Counted from the stretch's first letter, positions 1 through 10,339 are shown. The stretch is 64,000 nucleotides of DNA from a virus (IMGVR_UViG_3300009431_000002:1-64000), one strand, 5' to 3'. Notes: generated from the letters alone by a model not told the origin. A program made the numbers and translations.

Positions 1-2
1 CC

Positions 3-911
3 GGAGGTCTTCTCTGCTGCGTCCGCCTTCGCGGCCTCGGCCTTGGCCGCCTCCTCTTCCAGCACGGGCTGCATGGCGCGGTTCATGCCGTACAGGTACC
101 CGCCGCCGCCACCACCGAGGAAGCCGAGGGTGCTGCCGAGGCTGGCAGCCCCGGCGGCGGGCGCCGTGGCCTGCTCACGCAGCAGGTGTGCTTTCTGCTC
201 GGCGTCGAACAGCGCCTTCCTCGCGGACCCCAGCTCGTCGAACGCGTCGGACGACTCTCGTGAGGCCTGGGTGAACGCGTCGCTCATCTCCTGCGACCGT
301 CTGGCGAAGTCGTCCGCCCACTGCTCCGGATGGCCGGACCGCAGCCCACCACCCCGGGACGCCGCCCTCCAGGCGTCGTCTGCCCGGTCCACACGCTGCT
401 GCGCCGCCCGCAGCAGGTCGTCGGCCTGGGCCGCCAACGCCCGACCGCGCCCACGCGTCAGCAGTGCCGCACCGCCACCGAGCAGGGCCCCGCCGGCGAC
501 GGCGCCACCGAGCGACCCGAGCAGTCCGCCTGCTTGGCCGCCGAGCTCGCCGCGAACGGCCATCTCGGCCTTGCGGCCCTCGGGGGCTTTGTTGAGCCCG
601 ACGATGGCGCCGACACCGGGCACCACGGCCGTCTTCTCCACGCCCGCCTTCTTCTCCGGCTTGTGGTCCAGCGGGAAGTCCCGGTCGGTCTTGTGGTCGA
701 AGTGCTCGCCCAGGAAGCCGTCGTGGCCCTGACGGGCCAGCCGGTGGGCCTCCGGCGAGAGCTTGTCGTTCTGCGCCGGCACGCGGTCCCAGCCAGGCTC
801 GGCGGCGGGGTCCTGCTTGGGCTTGGGGTAGGCCGAGACGCTGCCCACGCGGGCGTCCTCGTTGGTCTCCAGCTGCGACGCAGCCAACTTCAGTGCCTCG
901 GTCACGCTCAT
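3..911 (-). CDS. Gly/Ala-rich putative virion protein with EKTA/EKKA motifs (3' end runs off the window)
   Basis: Manually translated open frame from ATG at 911 (MSVTEALKLAASQLETNED...VEKTAVVPGVG...) with no stop before base 1; begins 10 nt after the stop of the 921..1403 ORF. Confidence 0.75.
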   Translation of the reverse strand, partial: MSVTEALKLAASQLETNEDARVGSVSAYPKPKQDPAAEPGWDRVPAQNDKLSPEAHRLARQGHDGFLGEHFDHKTDRDFPLDHKPEKKAGVEKTAVVPGVGAIVGLNKAPEGRKAEMAVRGELGGQAGGLLGSLGGAVAGGALLGGGAALLTRGRGRALAAQADDLLRAAQQRVDRADDAWRAASRGGGLRSGHPEQWADDFARRSQEMSDAFTQASRESSDAFDELGSARKALFDAEQKAHLLREQATAPAAGAASLGSTLGFLGGGGGGYLYGMNRAMQPVLEEEAAKAEAAKADAAEKTS

Positions 912-920
912 CTCGGTCTC

Positions 921-1403
921 CTACTCCGGCGGGATGCCGATGTTGCCGATGGTGGTCGCCTGGGTCCGGAACTTGAGGCCTCGCGGCTTCCTCGGGGCGC
1001 CCTTCTGGTTCTCCTCGCGGATCTCCTGCTTCTGCATGAAGGTCGAGCCATCGCCCGGCATCCGTGTGGAGCTGCGCCGCGGCTTCCATCCGACGTCCGC
1101 GCCCTTGATGATGGCCGCCTCAAGGGCCTTCTTCGCCGCGGGGTCCGCCTCCACCAGCTCCTTGGCCGCGGCCTCCTCGAACTTCGGCGCGCTCTTGAAC
1201 AGGATGCGGGCGGCCGTCAGCGTCGGGGCCGACGTCGACACGGCTCCCGTTGCCCGCGCGGCCTGGGCGGCGCCGGCCAGGCCCTTGAGGAGCTTGGCCT
1301 TGCGCACCGCCTCTCCCTGGCTGACCTCCTCAAGCGCGCGGAGCTCGTCCTGCGCGATCTTGGTCAGCTCGTCGAAGAAGCTGGTGGCGGCCTGCTGGAT
1401 CAT
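921..1403 (-). CDS. Hypothetical protein with N-terminal FFDELTKIA motif
   Basis: ORF track; coupled to neighbours; motif shared with two other ORFs. Confidence 0.8.
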   Translation of the reverse strand: MIQQAATSFFDELTKIAQDELRALEEVSQGEAVRKAKLLKGLAGAAQAARATGAVSTSAPTLTAARILFKSAPKFEEAAAKELVEADPAAKKALEAAIIKGADVGWKPRRSSTRMPGDGSTFMQKQEIREENQKGAPRKPRGLKFRTQATTIGNIGIPPE

Positions 1404-1759
1404 CCCTGCCTCTGCGACATGGCCTTGCGGTACTGCCGCCCCATCTGCAGGTCCTTGGCCCCCTGGAGCCCGACTGCGCCCGCGGGGATACCTGCTCCGA
1501 GGCCCCAGACGAACTTGTTCTTGCCGAGCATCGCGGCGAGCTGGCCAAGCGTCATCTCGGTGCCCGCCTTGGCCGCCCCGGCGATGGTGGCCTCCTTCTT
1601 GGCCCCCTGCTCCGCCAGCTTCCCGGGCTTGATGGGGATGCGCCCGCTGCGGGTCTTGGTGTGGTTGTCCCGCTTGTTGCGGTTCTCACGACAGGCGCCG
1701 ATCTTCTCGAGCTCGTCGAAGAACGCGTCCTGAAAGGCCGGACTGAACAGTAGCGACAT
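1400..1759 (-). CDS. Hypothetical protein with N-terminal FFDELEKIG motif
   Basis: ORF track; GAGG RBS; 4-nt overlap with next gene. Confidence 0.8.
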   Translation of the reverse strand: MSLLFSPAFQDAFFDELEKIGACRENRNKRDNHTKTRSGRIPIKPGKLAEQGAKKEATIAGAAKAGTEMTLGQLAAMLGKNKFVWGLGAGIPAGAVGLQGAKDLQMGRQYRKAMSQRQG

Positions 1760-1776
1760 GGGGCACCTCTCCCCTC

Positions 1777-1805
1777 GTTATACCGGGTGGTCAGGCTACA
1801 GCCAA
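1777..1805 (-). promoter_or_regulatory. Candidate sigma70 promoter TTGGCT-17-TATAAC
   Basis: Hexamers and 17-nt spacing read directly upstream of the 1759 ATG. Confidence 0.45.
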
Positions 1806-1808
1806 TGC

Positions 1809-4800
1809 CTACCCGACCATGGCCCGGGACTTGAGCGCCTTCACATAGGCGAGGACGCGGTCACGCCGCGCGATACGCTGATCGAGCGACACTGCAATCG
1901 GCTCCTCCTTCCCGCGTCCATCGACACGCGCGAAGGTCTGATCCTCCCTGGACAGGTCCACAGGCTCACCGGCCTCGTCGGTCAGCAGTCCGTGCAGGTT
2001 CTCCAGCGGGGCCACGGCGCGGCTGTGGAACCCCTCGTCTGGCGAGCCGTCGAATGGGAGGCCGAGCTCAGCGTACGTCTTCCGCCGCCCCATCTCGTCG
2101 TACTCCAGCTCGGCGCCTCCGAGGATGTCCTTCAGCGTCGCCACGGGCCGGTGGATGTAGTTCCACGCCATCTTGTCGGCGCCGCCGTGCTCCTTGGCGT
2201 AGCCGTAGACGATGGCCAGGGCGTCGAGCATCTGCGCCACGGAGACTGTCCTCGATGCGTCGTCGCCGAGCTGCACGGTGCTGACGACGTCGGCGTACTT
2301 GCTGTTGGGGTCCACCACGAACCGCTCCTGGTCCGTCGCCACGGTCTTCCCCTCTGCCTCCACACCGCCGAGGAGCTCGGCGTCCTCGTCCGACCCAGGC
2401 ACGGGCACCGGGCGCTCCGGCTCCCCGACCTCACGCGCGGCGAAGACGTGCTCGTCGACCAGCGACCCCGTCCCGAAGAACACTTGGTAGATCTTCTCGC
2501 CGATCTCCTTGTTGCCGTAGTGCGGGGACACCCACGGGGGACGCAGCGCCTCCTCGGCCGGCATGTCGAACGACAGCGTCCCGAGGACCTCGGCCGCGCG
2601 AGCCGGGTCGATGGTCTCCGTGACGACCACGGTGTCGTAGTAGAAGTACCTGGCGCCGCTGCCCGACTCCTCGTACCGGATGACGCCGTCCGACCGCAGG
2701 CTGTGGATGGGGCCCTGGACACCTGTGTCGCCGATGCCCTTGGCGCAGTCGTTGCCGCTGCCCTTGGTCACCCGCTCTCCTGTCTCGTCGTCCATCGGCT
2801 CGACGCCGAGTACACGGTAGGGGGTGCCGGGCCCCGCCTCGTACACCGGGTCAGGCGGCACGACGCCACCGCTGCCGAAGATGGACCCGTCGGCCGTCCG
2901 CGGGAAGATCGGGTTGGGCGTCAGGTCCTTGAGCAGGTCCAGCAGGTCCTGGTGCCCCGCCTCCAGGAGCTGGTCGTACTGGAGGATGAACACGACGGCC
3001 GTCTGCTCGCTGGCCGCCACCTCCTGCTCGGTGATGGCCATGTTGAGGTACTCGTCGTCCGTGCCGTCCGCGGAGCGGTGGGCGCGGCAGAAGTTGAGGA
3101 CCCCCGAGGTGTAGCCGCCCTGCTGGTCCGCGACGATCTCCATGCTGCTGCACAGACCCAGGAACTGGGTGGGGAAGCGGATCTCCTGACCCAGCCCGGC
3201 CTCGACCGCAGGCACGTAGCCAGATCCAACAGCCTCGATCAGCTCCCGTTGGCTCACGCCGTCCGGCACGTGCATGGGCTTGTCGAGGATGGCCATGGGG
3301 AAGCCGCAGACCGGCAGGTAGTTGAACTGCCCGCTGAACTGGATGACCCTCGGTGCGAACCGGAACCGGAAGAAGTTGTGGTGCGCCACCCTCTGGGCCC
3401 AGCTGTTCTGCACGTCCTTGGCGTTCTCGGTACCCGCTGTCTGCGAGGCCACGTAGTCCCGCTGGGCCTTGTTGGCGTAGAACTTCACCTCGCTGACCGA
3501 GTGCATCTTCGGCACGATGCCGGAGTGCACCTCGTGCGGCATGATGATGGCCGACTGCGTGTAGTACGAGCTCCCGGCCAGGTCGAGCATCCCCGACAGG
3601 TCGGGCGCGTAGTAGAAGTAGTCGAGCAGCTCGTCCGGCCCGATGAGCTCCATGCTCGACCGGAGCTGGTAGCGCGTGCACTCCCGCAGGAGCTGCCGGT
3701 TGAGCGAGAACGAGTTGTAGTGCTCTGGGAACAGGACGTTGCACCGCGGCGGCGCAGCGAACCAGATGTCGGGCCGGAAGATCTGCGTGTTGAGCCGTGC
3801 CCCCGAGGTGTACTCGACCGTCTTGCTCCCCGTCGTCGTGTGGTTGAGGGCTGCCTCGATGGACGCCTTCGCCAGCTCGAGCTTGCGGAGCGCGGTCTCG
3901 GCCTTCTGCGTCGTCGGCGACCCCGTGGTCGACGCAGCCGTTCGCGCCTCGACGATGTCCGCCAGCGCCATCTCGACGTCGGTGTAGGGCTGCGTCCCGA
4001 TGTGGTCGTCGAGCCCGGGGATCACGGTGTTGTCCATGTACCGCCAGATCCCCCACACCATCGACGCGATGTCGATGTCCTCCTCCGTGGGCGTCGCCGG
4101 CGCCGACTCGTCCGTGAACGAGGTCACAGACTGCTCGACGGACGCCGTGCTCGTGGTCAGCGGTGCACCCACGCTCCACAGCACCGTACTCTCGTCTTCG
4201 GGCTGGCTGCTCGCCTCGATGGCGGCGACGACGTCCTCGATGTCGGTCTTCACCTTCGTGAGGTGGCCGCGGCTCTCGCCCGTGATGGTGGACGCGTAGG
4301 TCGGCTCGTCGTAGCTGCCCGGCTCGCCGCCCGCCGTGAAGTACGGAGCGGGGCACGGGACCATCGAGTACGTGATGTACTGGCCCACCATCCGCAGGAT
4401 GTCGCGGATGGACATGAGCCCGCCACCGCCGCCGAGCGAGTTGGTGAGCCACTGGCTGAAGACCTTGCGGTTGAACAGGTCGATGCCGGTGGTGTCATCC
4501 AGGTCCGTGGCGATCTGCCACAGCAGCTTGTTGCGCAGCTCCTCGACCGTGTTGAAGTCGTTCACCCCCTTGAAGTCGCCGGGGATGCCACCGACCGCCT
4601 CGATGACCGACACAAGTCCAGCGAGGAGCCCCTGGAGCTGCTTGAACTCGTGGAACTTCGGCGTCTTCCGCTGGAGCAGGCTGCCGACCACCGACGCGGG
4701 GTCGTTGATGATGTCGTCGAACAGGTTGGTGTTGGCGCCGATCATCCGGGCGTTGCTGCCCATGATCCCGGACCCGCGGGGGCCGTAGGTCAGCATGAAC

Positions 4801-5174
4801 TGGTACGTCGTGTCCCAGGCGATGGAGGCGTCGAGGCACTGCAGGATCAGGGTCCGCTGCGTCCCCTGCTTCATGTACCGGAACCCGATGAGCAGCCCGT
4901 AGAAGCACAGCTTGTAGTCGTCCAAGCGGATGATCTCGGCCTCGGTGAGCGGTCGGCCGTCGGCGGTCTGCGTGACCTCCGGGACGTTGACGATGTCGTG
5001 GGCGAACAGGTGGACCATCGACCGGGCGTGGAACTCCAGGCCCTGGTCGAGGGGGACGATCTGGATGGTGGCTGCGCATGGCGCGTTCTCGGCGATGCTG
5101 ATGCGCGCGCCGATGACGGGGACCTCGACGCCCTCGACGAGAAGCCGCAGCTTCAGCCAGCGGGCAGCGGCCAC
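1809..5174 (-). CDS. Large virion structural protein, possibly baseplate hub-like (1121 aa)
   Basis: Long ORF in a co-oriented cluster downstream of the tape-measure candidate; beta-rich N-terminus (LKLRLLVEGVEVPV); function inferred from position. Confidence 0.5.
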   Translation of the reverse strand: MAAARWLKLRLLVEGVEVPVIGARISIAENAPCAATIQIVPLDQGLEFHARSMVHLFAHDIVNVPEVTQTADGRPLTEAEIIRLDDYKLCFYGLLIGFRYMKQGTQRTLILQCLDASIAWDTTYQFMLTYGPRGSGIMGSNARMIGANTNLFDDIINDPASVVGSLLQRKTPKFHEFKQLQGLLAGLVSVIEAVGGIPGDFKGVNDFNTVEELRNKLLWQIATDLDDTTGIDLFNRKVFSQWLTNSLGGGGGLMSIRDILRMVGQYITYSMVPCPAPYFTAGGEPGSYDEPTYASTITGESRGHLTKVKTDIEDVVAAIEASSQPEDESTVLWSVGAPLTTSTASVEQSVTSFTDESAPATPTEEDIDIASMVWGIWRYMDNTVIPGLDDHIGTQPYTDVEMALADIVEARTAASTTGSPTTQKAETALRKLELAKASIEAALNHTTTGSKTVEYTSGARLNTQIFRPDIWFAAPPRCNVLFPEHYNSFSLNRQLLRECTRYQLRSSMELIGPDELLDYFYYAPDLSGMLDLAGSSYYTQSAIIMPHEVHSGIVPKMHSVSEVKFYANKAQRDYVASQTAGTENAKDVQNSWAQRVAHHNFFRFRFAPRVIQFSGQFNYLPVCGFPMAILDKPMHVPDGVSQRELIEAVGSGYVPAVEAGLGQEIRFPTQFLGLCSSMEIVADQQGGYTSGVLNFCRAHRSADGTDDEYLNMAITEQEVAASEQTAVVFILQYDQLLEAGHQDLLDLLKDLTPNPIFPRTADGSIFGSGGVVPPDPVYEAGPGTPYRVLGVEPMDDETGERVTKGSGNDCAKGIGDTGVQGPIHSLRSDGVIRYEESGSGARYFYYDTVVVTETIDPARAAEVLGTLSFDMPAEEALRPPWVSPHYGNKEIGEKIYQVFFGTGSLVDEHVFAAREVGEPERPVPVPGSDEDAELLGGVEAEGKTVATDQERFVVDPNSKYADVVSTVQLGDDASRTVSVAQMLDALAIVYGYAKEHGGADKMAWNYIHRPVATLKDILGGAELEYDEMGRRKTYAELGLPFDGSPDEGFHSRAVAPLENLHGLLTDEAGEPVDLSREDQTFARVDGRGKEEPIAVSLDQRIARRDRVLAYVKALKSRAMVG

Positions 5175-5175
5175 A

Positions 5176-6612
5176 TCAGCCTCCCGCCGGGATGGAGCCG
5201 CTCTGGCTCAGCGCGCTGCCGAGCACGCCTTCGCCTGTGGCCAGCGCCTCGTGGCCCGCGACGCCACCCGACTCGACCACGGCCGTCTCCGGGACGTGCG
5301 GGTGTTCGACACCGAAGTACTCGGCGGCCTCGTTCTCGGTCCGGACGAAGTTCTGCCCGCCCTCCACCACGATCTGCGACATCTCCTCGGCCGTGGCCTG
5401 GACCTGCGACACGACGCTGGCGGTCAAGTTGACTCCGAACTTGGCGAAGTTGAGGAAGGTCTGACCGAACACTTCGGCGTTGGAGGCGGCGAGCTTGGTG
5501 AGCAGCAGCGGGTCGTGCGCCGGGTGGAACGGGTAGACGTTCGGGATGTCCCGGGCCGGGTACTCGTCGATGTTGTCCCAGATGCGCGACCGGCCGACCC
5601 GGTTGGCGGGGATCACGCCATACCGGCTCGTGTCAGGTCCGCGCACCGTGACCTGTCCGAACGCGCTCCTCGCCTGCCAGCCGGCTGGTGCGGACCCGGG
5701 CGCGATGTGGGTGCCGCTGGCCACCATGACGTGGGCCCCGAGCGCACTGATGGGCACGGTGTTGGCGCCACCGAAGGCGAACTGCTTGGCCTTCTCGATC
5801 AACGTGTGGGCCATCCCGAGTGGCCCGGTGATGTTCTGGATGCCCCACTTCACGGCGTCGATGACGCTACGCGCCTTGAACGCGGCCGTGTTCATGTTCC
5901 GCATCCGCATCAGCGACGACTCCAGGGCCGTGTCGAACTTGTAGACGTCGATGCCGCCCCCGGTGATGGGGTACTGGGTGCTGCCCACATTCGAGACGTC
6001 GGAGTGCCGGGTCACCCACATCGTGAAGGTGAACGGCACCTCCCGCGGGCGCCGGGAGTCCTCGGTGGTCGACGACCGGATGAGGTAGCCCTCGAGGGCG
6101 ATGGAGTCGTAGGTCAGGTACACGCGGGCGCCGCGCTCCACCAGCTTCGTGCCGCGCAGGTTCTGCTCGTAGTTGTGCCACCACTCCGAGCGCCAGTTGA
6201 AGTCCTCGGAGTTGGCCAGGACGCCCGAGAATCGCATCATCCGAGGCTTCTGGCCGAAGAAGAAGCCGTAGTCCTCGCCGAAGGTCTCGACCAGGTGGAA
6301 CTTCTCCTCCTGCACACGCTGGACGGACTGGATGATGAAGTTGGAGATCAGCGGCTGCGACGACCACGACCCGCTGGAGGAGTCACGGTTGCCGCCGGAG
6401 TCGTACAGCCCCAGGTTCTTGAGGTCGGACGTGAAGACTTGGATGGTGGCGTAGGTGTCATCCTTGATCTGCATGCCGCGCAGCGGCCGGCGCACGTGCG
6501 AGTAGTCCCGCAGCGCAGACCACGCCCCGCCCGGATCCGTGTCCCAGGTCTGGGCGGCGTCCGCCTCCATGGCGAACGGGTCTTCTTCGACCAGGATGAA
6601 AGCCGCCATCAC
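5176..6612 (-). CDS. Putative tail/baseplate protein (478 aa)
   Basis: Position between tape measure and hub-like gene; N-terminal beta-rich domain (EKFHLVETFGEDYGFFFGQKPRMMRFSG). Confidence 0.45.
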   Translation of the reverse strand: MMAAFILVEEDPFAMEADAAQTWDTDPGGAWSALRDYSHVRRPLRGMQIKDDTYATIQVFTSDLKNLGLYDSGGNRDSSSGSWSSQPLISNFIIQSVQRVQEEKFHLVETFGEDYGFFFGQKPRMMRFSGVLANSEDFNWRSEWWHNYEQNLRGTKLVERGARVYLTYDSIALEGYLIRSSTTEDSRRPREVPFTFTMWVTRHSDVSNVGSTQYPITGGGIDVYKFDTALESSLMRMRNMNTAAFKARSVIDAVKWGIQNITGPLGMAHTLIEKAKQFAFGGANTVPISALGAHVMVASGTHIAPGSAPAGWQARSAFGQVTVRGPDTSRYGVIPANRVGRSRIWDNIDEYPARDIPNVYPFHPAHDPLLLTKLAASNAEVFGQTFLNFAKFGVNLTASVVSQVQATAEEMSQIVVEGGQNFVRTENEAAEYFGVEHPHVPETAVVESGGVAGHEALATGEGVLGSALSQSGSIPAGG

Positions 6613-6857
6613 ACCTCCGGCAGGGAGAAGCCCAGCTTGGTCAGGTAGTCCTTGACCTGCCGGGGGATCTCGGTCGTGGCGTCCGTGCCGCGCACGGTGG
6701 AGGTGACGTGGGACCGGGCGAGGAAGGCCACGACGTCGTCCATCGTGATGCGGTCGTACATCCGCGCCACCCGCTTGCGACCGCCCCGCATGGGCACGGA
6801 GTGAACCATCTCACGCCGCGTCAGCGTCTGGTCCCACCTGGGAGTCGCCCGGCTCAT
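6609..6857 (-). CDS. Small hypothetical protein
   Basis: 4-nt overlaps with both neighbours. Confidence 0.7.
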   Translation of the reverse strand: MSRATPRWDQTLTRREMVHSVPMRGGRKRVARMYDRITMDDVVAFLARSHVTSTVRGTDATTEIPRQVKDYLTKLGFSLPEV

Positions 6858-9800
6858 CTACCCGCTCCTGGGCTGGCAGTCTGCTCGGTCAATTCGGTGA
6901 CCTCCCGCAGCTTGGGCAGCTCCTCGCCGACGGCGCGCACGAAGATGGTGTTGGCCTCCATCGCTCGTTCGATGGACTGGGCCAGCTCGACCACGTCCCC
7001 CGACAGCGTACCTGTCCTGGCGCCTCCTGTGGAGGCTCCAGAGATCGCGCCACGCTCCTGCGCCACCGCGAGCATGTCAGCGAGCTTCTGGCCCTCGGTG
7101 TCCGAGATGCTCAGGTCGCGGATGCTCTTCTCCAACTCGTAGTACAGCTCTCGCCCTATGCGGCCAGCAGACTCCGGGCCGCCCTCCCGAGTTTCCATCG
7201 ACCGCATGAGCCCCTGCACGTCGACGCCGCTGCGGCTGGCGATCTGGGCGAGCACCATATCCCTGTTGGTGCCGCCGATACCGCCGAGCCTCCGTTGGCC
7301 CTGCTGCATGCGCATGCCGACCCCAGCGGCGAGGACCTCGCCTTCCGGCCCGAGGGAACCGAGGTAGGCCATGACGTCGCCGCGTGCTCCCGACCCCATC
7401 CCGCGCATGAGTCGCGCGAGATCCGCGCCGCCGGGTCCGGCAACCTCGCCTGCGGCCATCGCCGCGGCATCCTCAAAACTCAAACCCTCCAGCTCGCTGG
7501 CGTAGGCCCGAATCTCACGCAGGGTCGCCTCGTCGACCCCATGCCGCGCCGCGTCCTCCTTCGAGATGCGGGCGCTGAGCGCGGCGCCCTGGCGGTTGGC
7601 CTTGTTCTGGAATTCCGTTACGACCTCGGTGGCCTCGTGCATGCCGGCTTCGGTCATCATCGCCTTGACCTGGTCCGGGTCGTTATCCTGGATGATCCGC
7701 TGGAGCGTCCTCAGTTCCTTCTGCGTCAGGTCTCCGATTTGCTCTCGGAAGCGCCGGAGCTCCTGCTTCTCCCCGCCTGTGATGGTCCCGTCCTCCTCCT
7801 TCTGGAGCAAGTTCCGGTACTTGGACGTCTGCTGGAACTTGTCCCCGACAGTCGTACTGGACCCGAGCCACGACATGACCTGCGTGCTGCTGTCGCCTGT
7901 GAGGAGGTCGCGGACCTTGCCGCGCATCGGCGCGTGCATCATCCCCGCGCCGACCGTGTACGCCCATGGCGTGAGCGACGCCTTCGCCGCCTCCCCGACG
8001 CTCTCGCCGGAGATCAGGCCAGCGTACATGCGCGTCATCCAGCCGCCGCCGTACTGCACCGCCGTCATCGCCGGCGCCACGAGCGACATCGCCGGCCCCG
8101 TGTACGCCCAGTTCCCCAACGACCCCCGGCCCAAGGTCTGGACGGCCTCGTCGATCACCTCTTCCCGCCCGCGCGCCGCCATCAACCCCATGGCCCCGAC
8201 GCCGTAGTCGTCGTCCGGCAGGGTGACGCCGCCCTGCTGCGCCGCGAGCCGGACGATGTCCTCCCGCTCCTGTCGAGGTCGTCCCTGGAGGTACTCCTCG
8301 TAGAAGCCTGTGCCTCGAAGCCCGCGCTGGACACGCCGCGCACTCATGTTCCCGGCAGTCCTGGCACGAATCGACCAACGGGCGCCCCCCAACGCCTCAC
8401 CGAACTCCGAGCCCATCTGCGAGAGGTCGACGTTCCGCCCGAGACCGACGTCGGCGGCGGTGAGGCCACCGAGGAAGCCTGCACGACGCTGCTCCAACTG
8501 CTGGAGTTGCCCGAACTGCCCCTCGGTGATCTGTCCCCGTCGGAGCTGGCGGTTCGCGGCACCCATCCGACCGAGCCCGCGGCCAGTCGACATCGCGGTG
8601 AGCCCCGCGACATCGCCCATGCCCGTCCCCATCATCCAGGCCTGGCGCTCCTGCTCGGTGATGGTGACGTCGTACCGTCCCCACAGGCGGTCGAAGAAGC
8701 GGTCAGACCGCTCCTCGATGCCGCCGCCCAGGCCCTGGCCCAGCTCCTGCAGGGGGTTGGAGATCTGCGCCTCCCACTCCCGGCCCACGTTCTGACGCCA
8801 CCAGCCCCGGATGCCGCGCTTCCGCTGCTCCGCCTGGTTGATGGCGTTGTCCACGGCCTGCAGGGTCCTCTCACGCTGCGTGCGGCGGATCGTCGCTGCC
8901 TCCCGAGCCATCTCCACCATCACCTCGGCCTCGGCCCTGTTGAGGTTGGTGAAGCGCTTCATCAGCAGCATCTCGATGTCTTCTTCGGCGCCGGCGATGC
9001 CCCGGCTCCCTGCCACGTCGCGGACGACGGACTCGATCAGCTCCGGGCCGGCCTGCTCCATCAGGTTGCCGCGGAGCAGCTCCTCGTTGGCCACGAACGA
9101 GACCCTGGAGCCGCGGCCCCCACCAAGCCGCCGGCTGGCCTCTCCACGGACGTTGCGGATGTTGATGTCGCCGGCGCGCAGCCGAGCGATCTGCCCCATG
9201 TCGACTTCGCCAGTGTACCGGCCGTCCTCGACCTCGCCGGTGGCGAGCATCATGGCCCTGCCCACAGGGGTCGTGGCGAACCGAAACGCCTGCTCGGCCA
9301 TCCGCATCGACAGCTGGTTGTAGGCCGCCGGGCCGGTCATGCCGCCCGTGGCCTCCATGATGGCCTCTTCGGAGATGGCCCCGGACTGTACGGCCGCGCC
9401 GAGAGACCCAGCGAGTCGGGTGGTCAGGCCGGCGCCTGTCGCCCGCCGGGATCCAAAGGCCTGTGCCAGAGAGGCTCCGCCCCGCTGCAGCTGGTTGAAC
9501 TGCTGCGTCCCGTAGCCCATGGTCCCGAGGACTTGGCGCTGGACCGTCGCACCCATCACGTCCTGGGCCGTGTAGAAGCCCGACCGGCGCATGTCCTGGA
9601 AGAAGGGGATGGCCTCCTGCAGGGAGACCCCCATCACCGACGCCACCTCCTTGGTCGCGCTGACGATGTCCTTGAACTTGCGCTGGAAATCCTGGGCGTC
9701 TCGGACGGCCTGCATCATCCCCATCTCGGGGAGTGCGGCCGCGATGCCGGCGAGGTCGCGGATGTCCATGTTCATCTGCGTGCCGATGTCACGCATCATG

Positions 9801-10339
9801 GAGGTGACCTGGCGCGCCTGGGCACCGCTGAACCCCTGGCCTCCTTGGGCCCCGGGGTTGTAGAAGTTGTAGCCGCCGAGCGCCTGCGAGGTCTGCCGGT
9901 ACTGCGAGTAGCCCCGTCCGACCTGCGACACGCCGTAGGCGCCGGCCGCAGCCGCAGCGGGGATGCCGAGGCCCAACGACAGGGGCAGAGCGCCGAGCGC
10001 CGCACCGCCGAGCAGACCGACGGGGCCGCCGAGCGCACCACCGAGGACACCCCCGACGGCCGCGCCTCCAGCCGACATCGGCAGCATCCCGGCCGCCCCC
10101 ATCCCGAGCGCGCCGACCGTCGCCGCGGCAGTCGCCATCTGGGGTGCGTGCTGCAGGGCGCCCATCGCGGCCGACGCGAGTCGGGGTCCAGCCGTCGCTC
10201 CGGGCGGTGGCGTGGCCGACGATCCGACGTACCCACCGTGCACCTGGCCCAACGCGGACGCGTAGGCCATCTGGTTGTAGGCGTAGGCCTGCTGTTGCCC
10301 GATCAGGGCCCCAGCCTGGTGACTCGACATGATCGTCAT
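6854..10339 (-). CDS. Probable tail tape measure protein (about 1160 aa)
   Basis: Long Ala/Gly/Gln-rich helical protein with Gly-rich hydrophobic segments, upstream of baseplate-like genes; start placed at MTIMSSHQ. Confidence 0.6.
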   Translation of the reverse strand: MTIMSSHQAGALIGQQQAYAYNQMAYASALGQVHGGYVGSSATPPPGATAGPRLASAAMGALQHAPQMATAAATVGALGMGAAGMLPMSAGGAAVGGVLGGALGGPVGLLGGAALGALPLSLGLGIPAAAAAGAYGVSQVGRGYSQYRQTSQALGGYNFYNPGAQGGQGFSGAQARQVTSMMRDIGTQMNMDIRDLAGIAAALPEMGMMQAVRDAQDFQRKFKDIVSATKEVASVMGVSLQEAIPFFQDMRRSGFYTAQDVMGATVQRQVLGTMGYGTQQFNQLQRGGASLAQAFGSRRATGAGLTTRLAGSLGAAVQSGAISEEAIMEATGGMTGPAAYNQLSMRMAEQAFRFATTPVGRAMMLATGEVEDGRYTGEVDMGQIARLRAGDINIRNVRGEASRRLGGGRGSRVSFVANEELLRGNLMEQAGPELIESVVRDVAGSRGIAGAEEDIEMLLMKRFTNLNRAEAEVMVEMAREAATIRRTQRERTLQAVDNAINQAEQRKRGIRGWWRQNVGREWEAQISNPLQELGQGLGGGIEERSDRFFDRLWGRYDVTITEQERQAWMMGTGMGDVAGLTAMSTGRGLGRMGAANRQLRRGQITEGQFGQLQQLEQRRAGFLGGLTAADVGLGRNVDLSQMGSEFGEALGGARWSIRARTAGNMSARRVQRGLRGTGFYEEYLQGRPRQEREDIVRLAAQQGGVTLPDDDYGVGAMGLMAARGREEVIDEAVQTLGRGSLGNWAYTGPAMSLVAPAMTAVQYGGGWMTRMYAGLISGESVGEAAKASLTPWAYTVGAGMMHAPMRGKVRDLLTGDSSTQVMSWLGSSTTVGDKFQQTSKYRNLLQKEEDGTITGGEKQELRRFREQIGDLTQKELRTLQRIIQDNDPDQVKAMMTEAGMHEATEVVTEFQNKANRQGAALSARISKEDAARHGVDEATLREIRAYASELEGLSFEDAAAMAAGEVAGPGGADLARLMRGMGSGARGDVMAYLGSLGPEGEVLAAGVGMRMQQGQRRLGGIGGTNRDMVLAQIASRSGVDVQGLMRSMETREGGPESAGRIGRELYYELEKSIRDLSISDTEGQKLADMLAVAQERGAISGASTGGARTGTLSGDVVELAQSIERAMEANTIFVRAVGEELPKLREVTELTEQTASPGAGR

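Noticed and set aside
1758-5432. 1224-aa plus-strand ORF and similar long antisense ORFs (7295..10450, 15535..17910, 28994..32041, 37512..39104, 46544..48691, 59783..61885)
   Set aside because: Shadow frames of strongly GC3-biased genes on the opposite strand; low-complexity Arg/Gly/Val/Leu translations with no motifs
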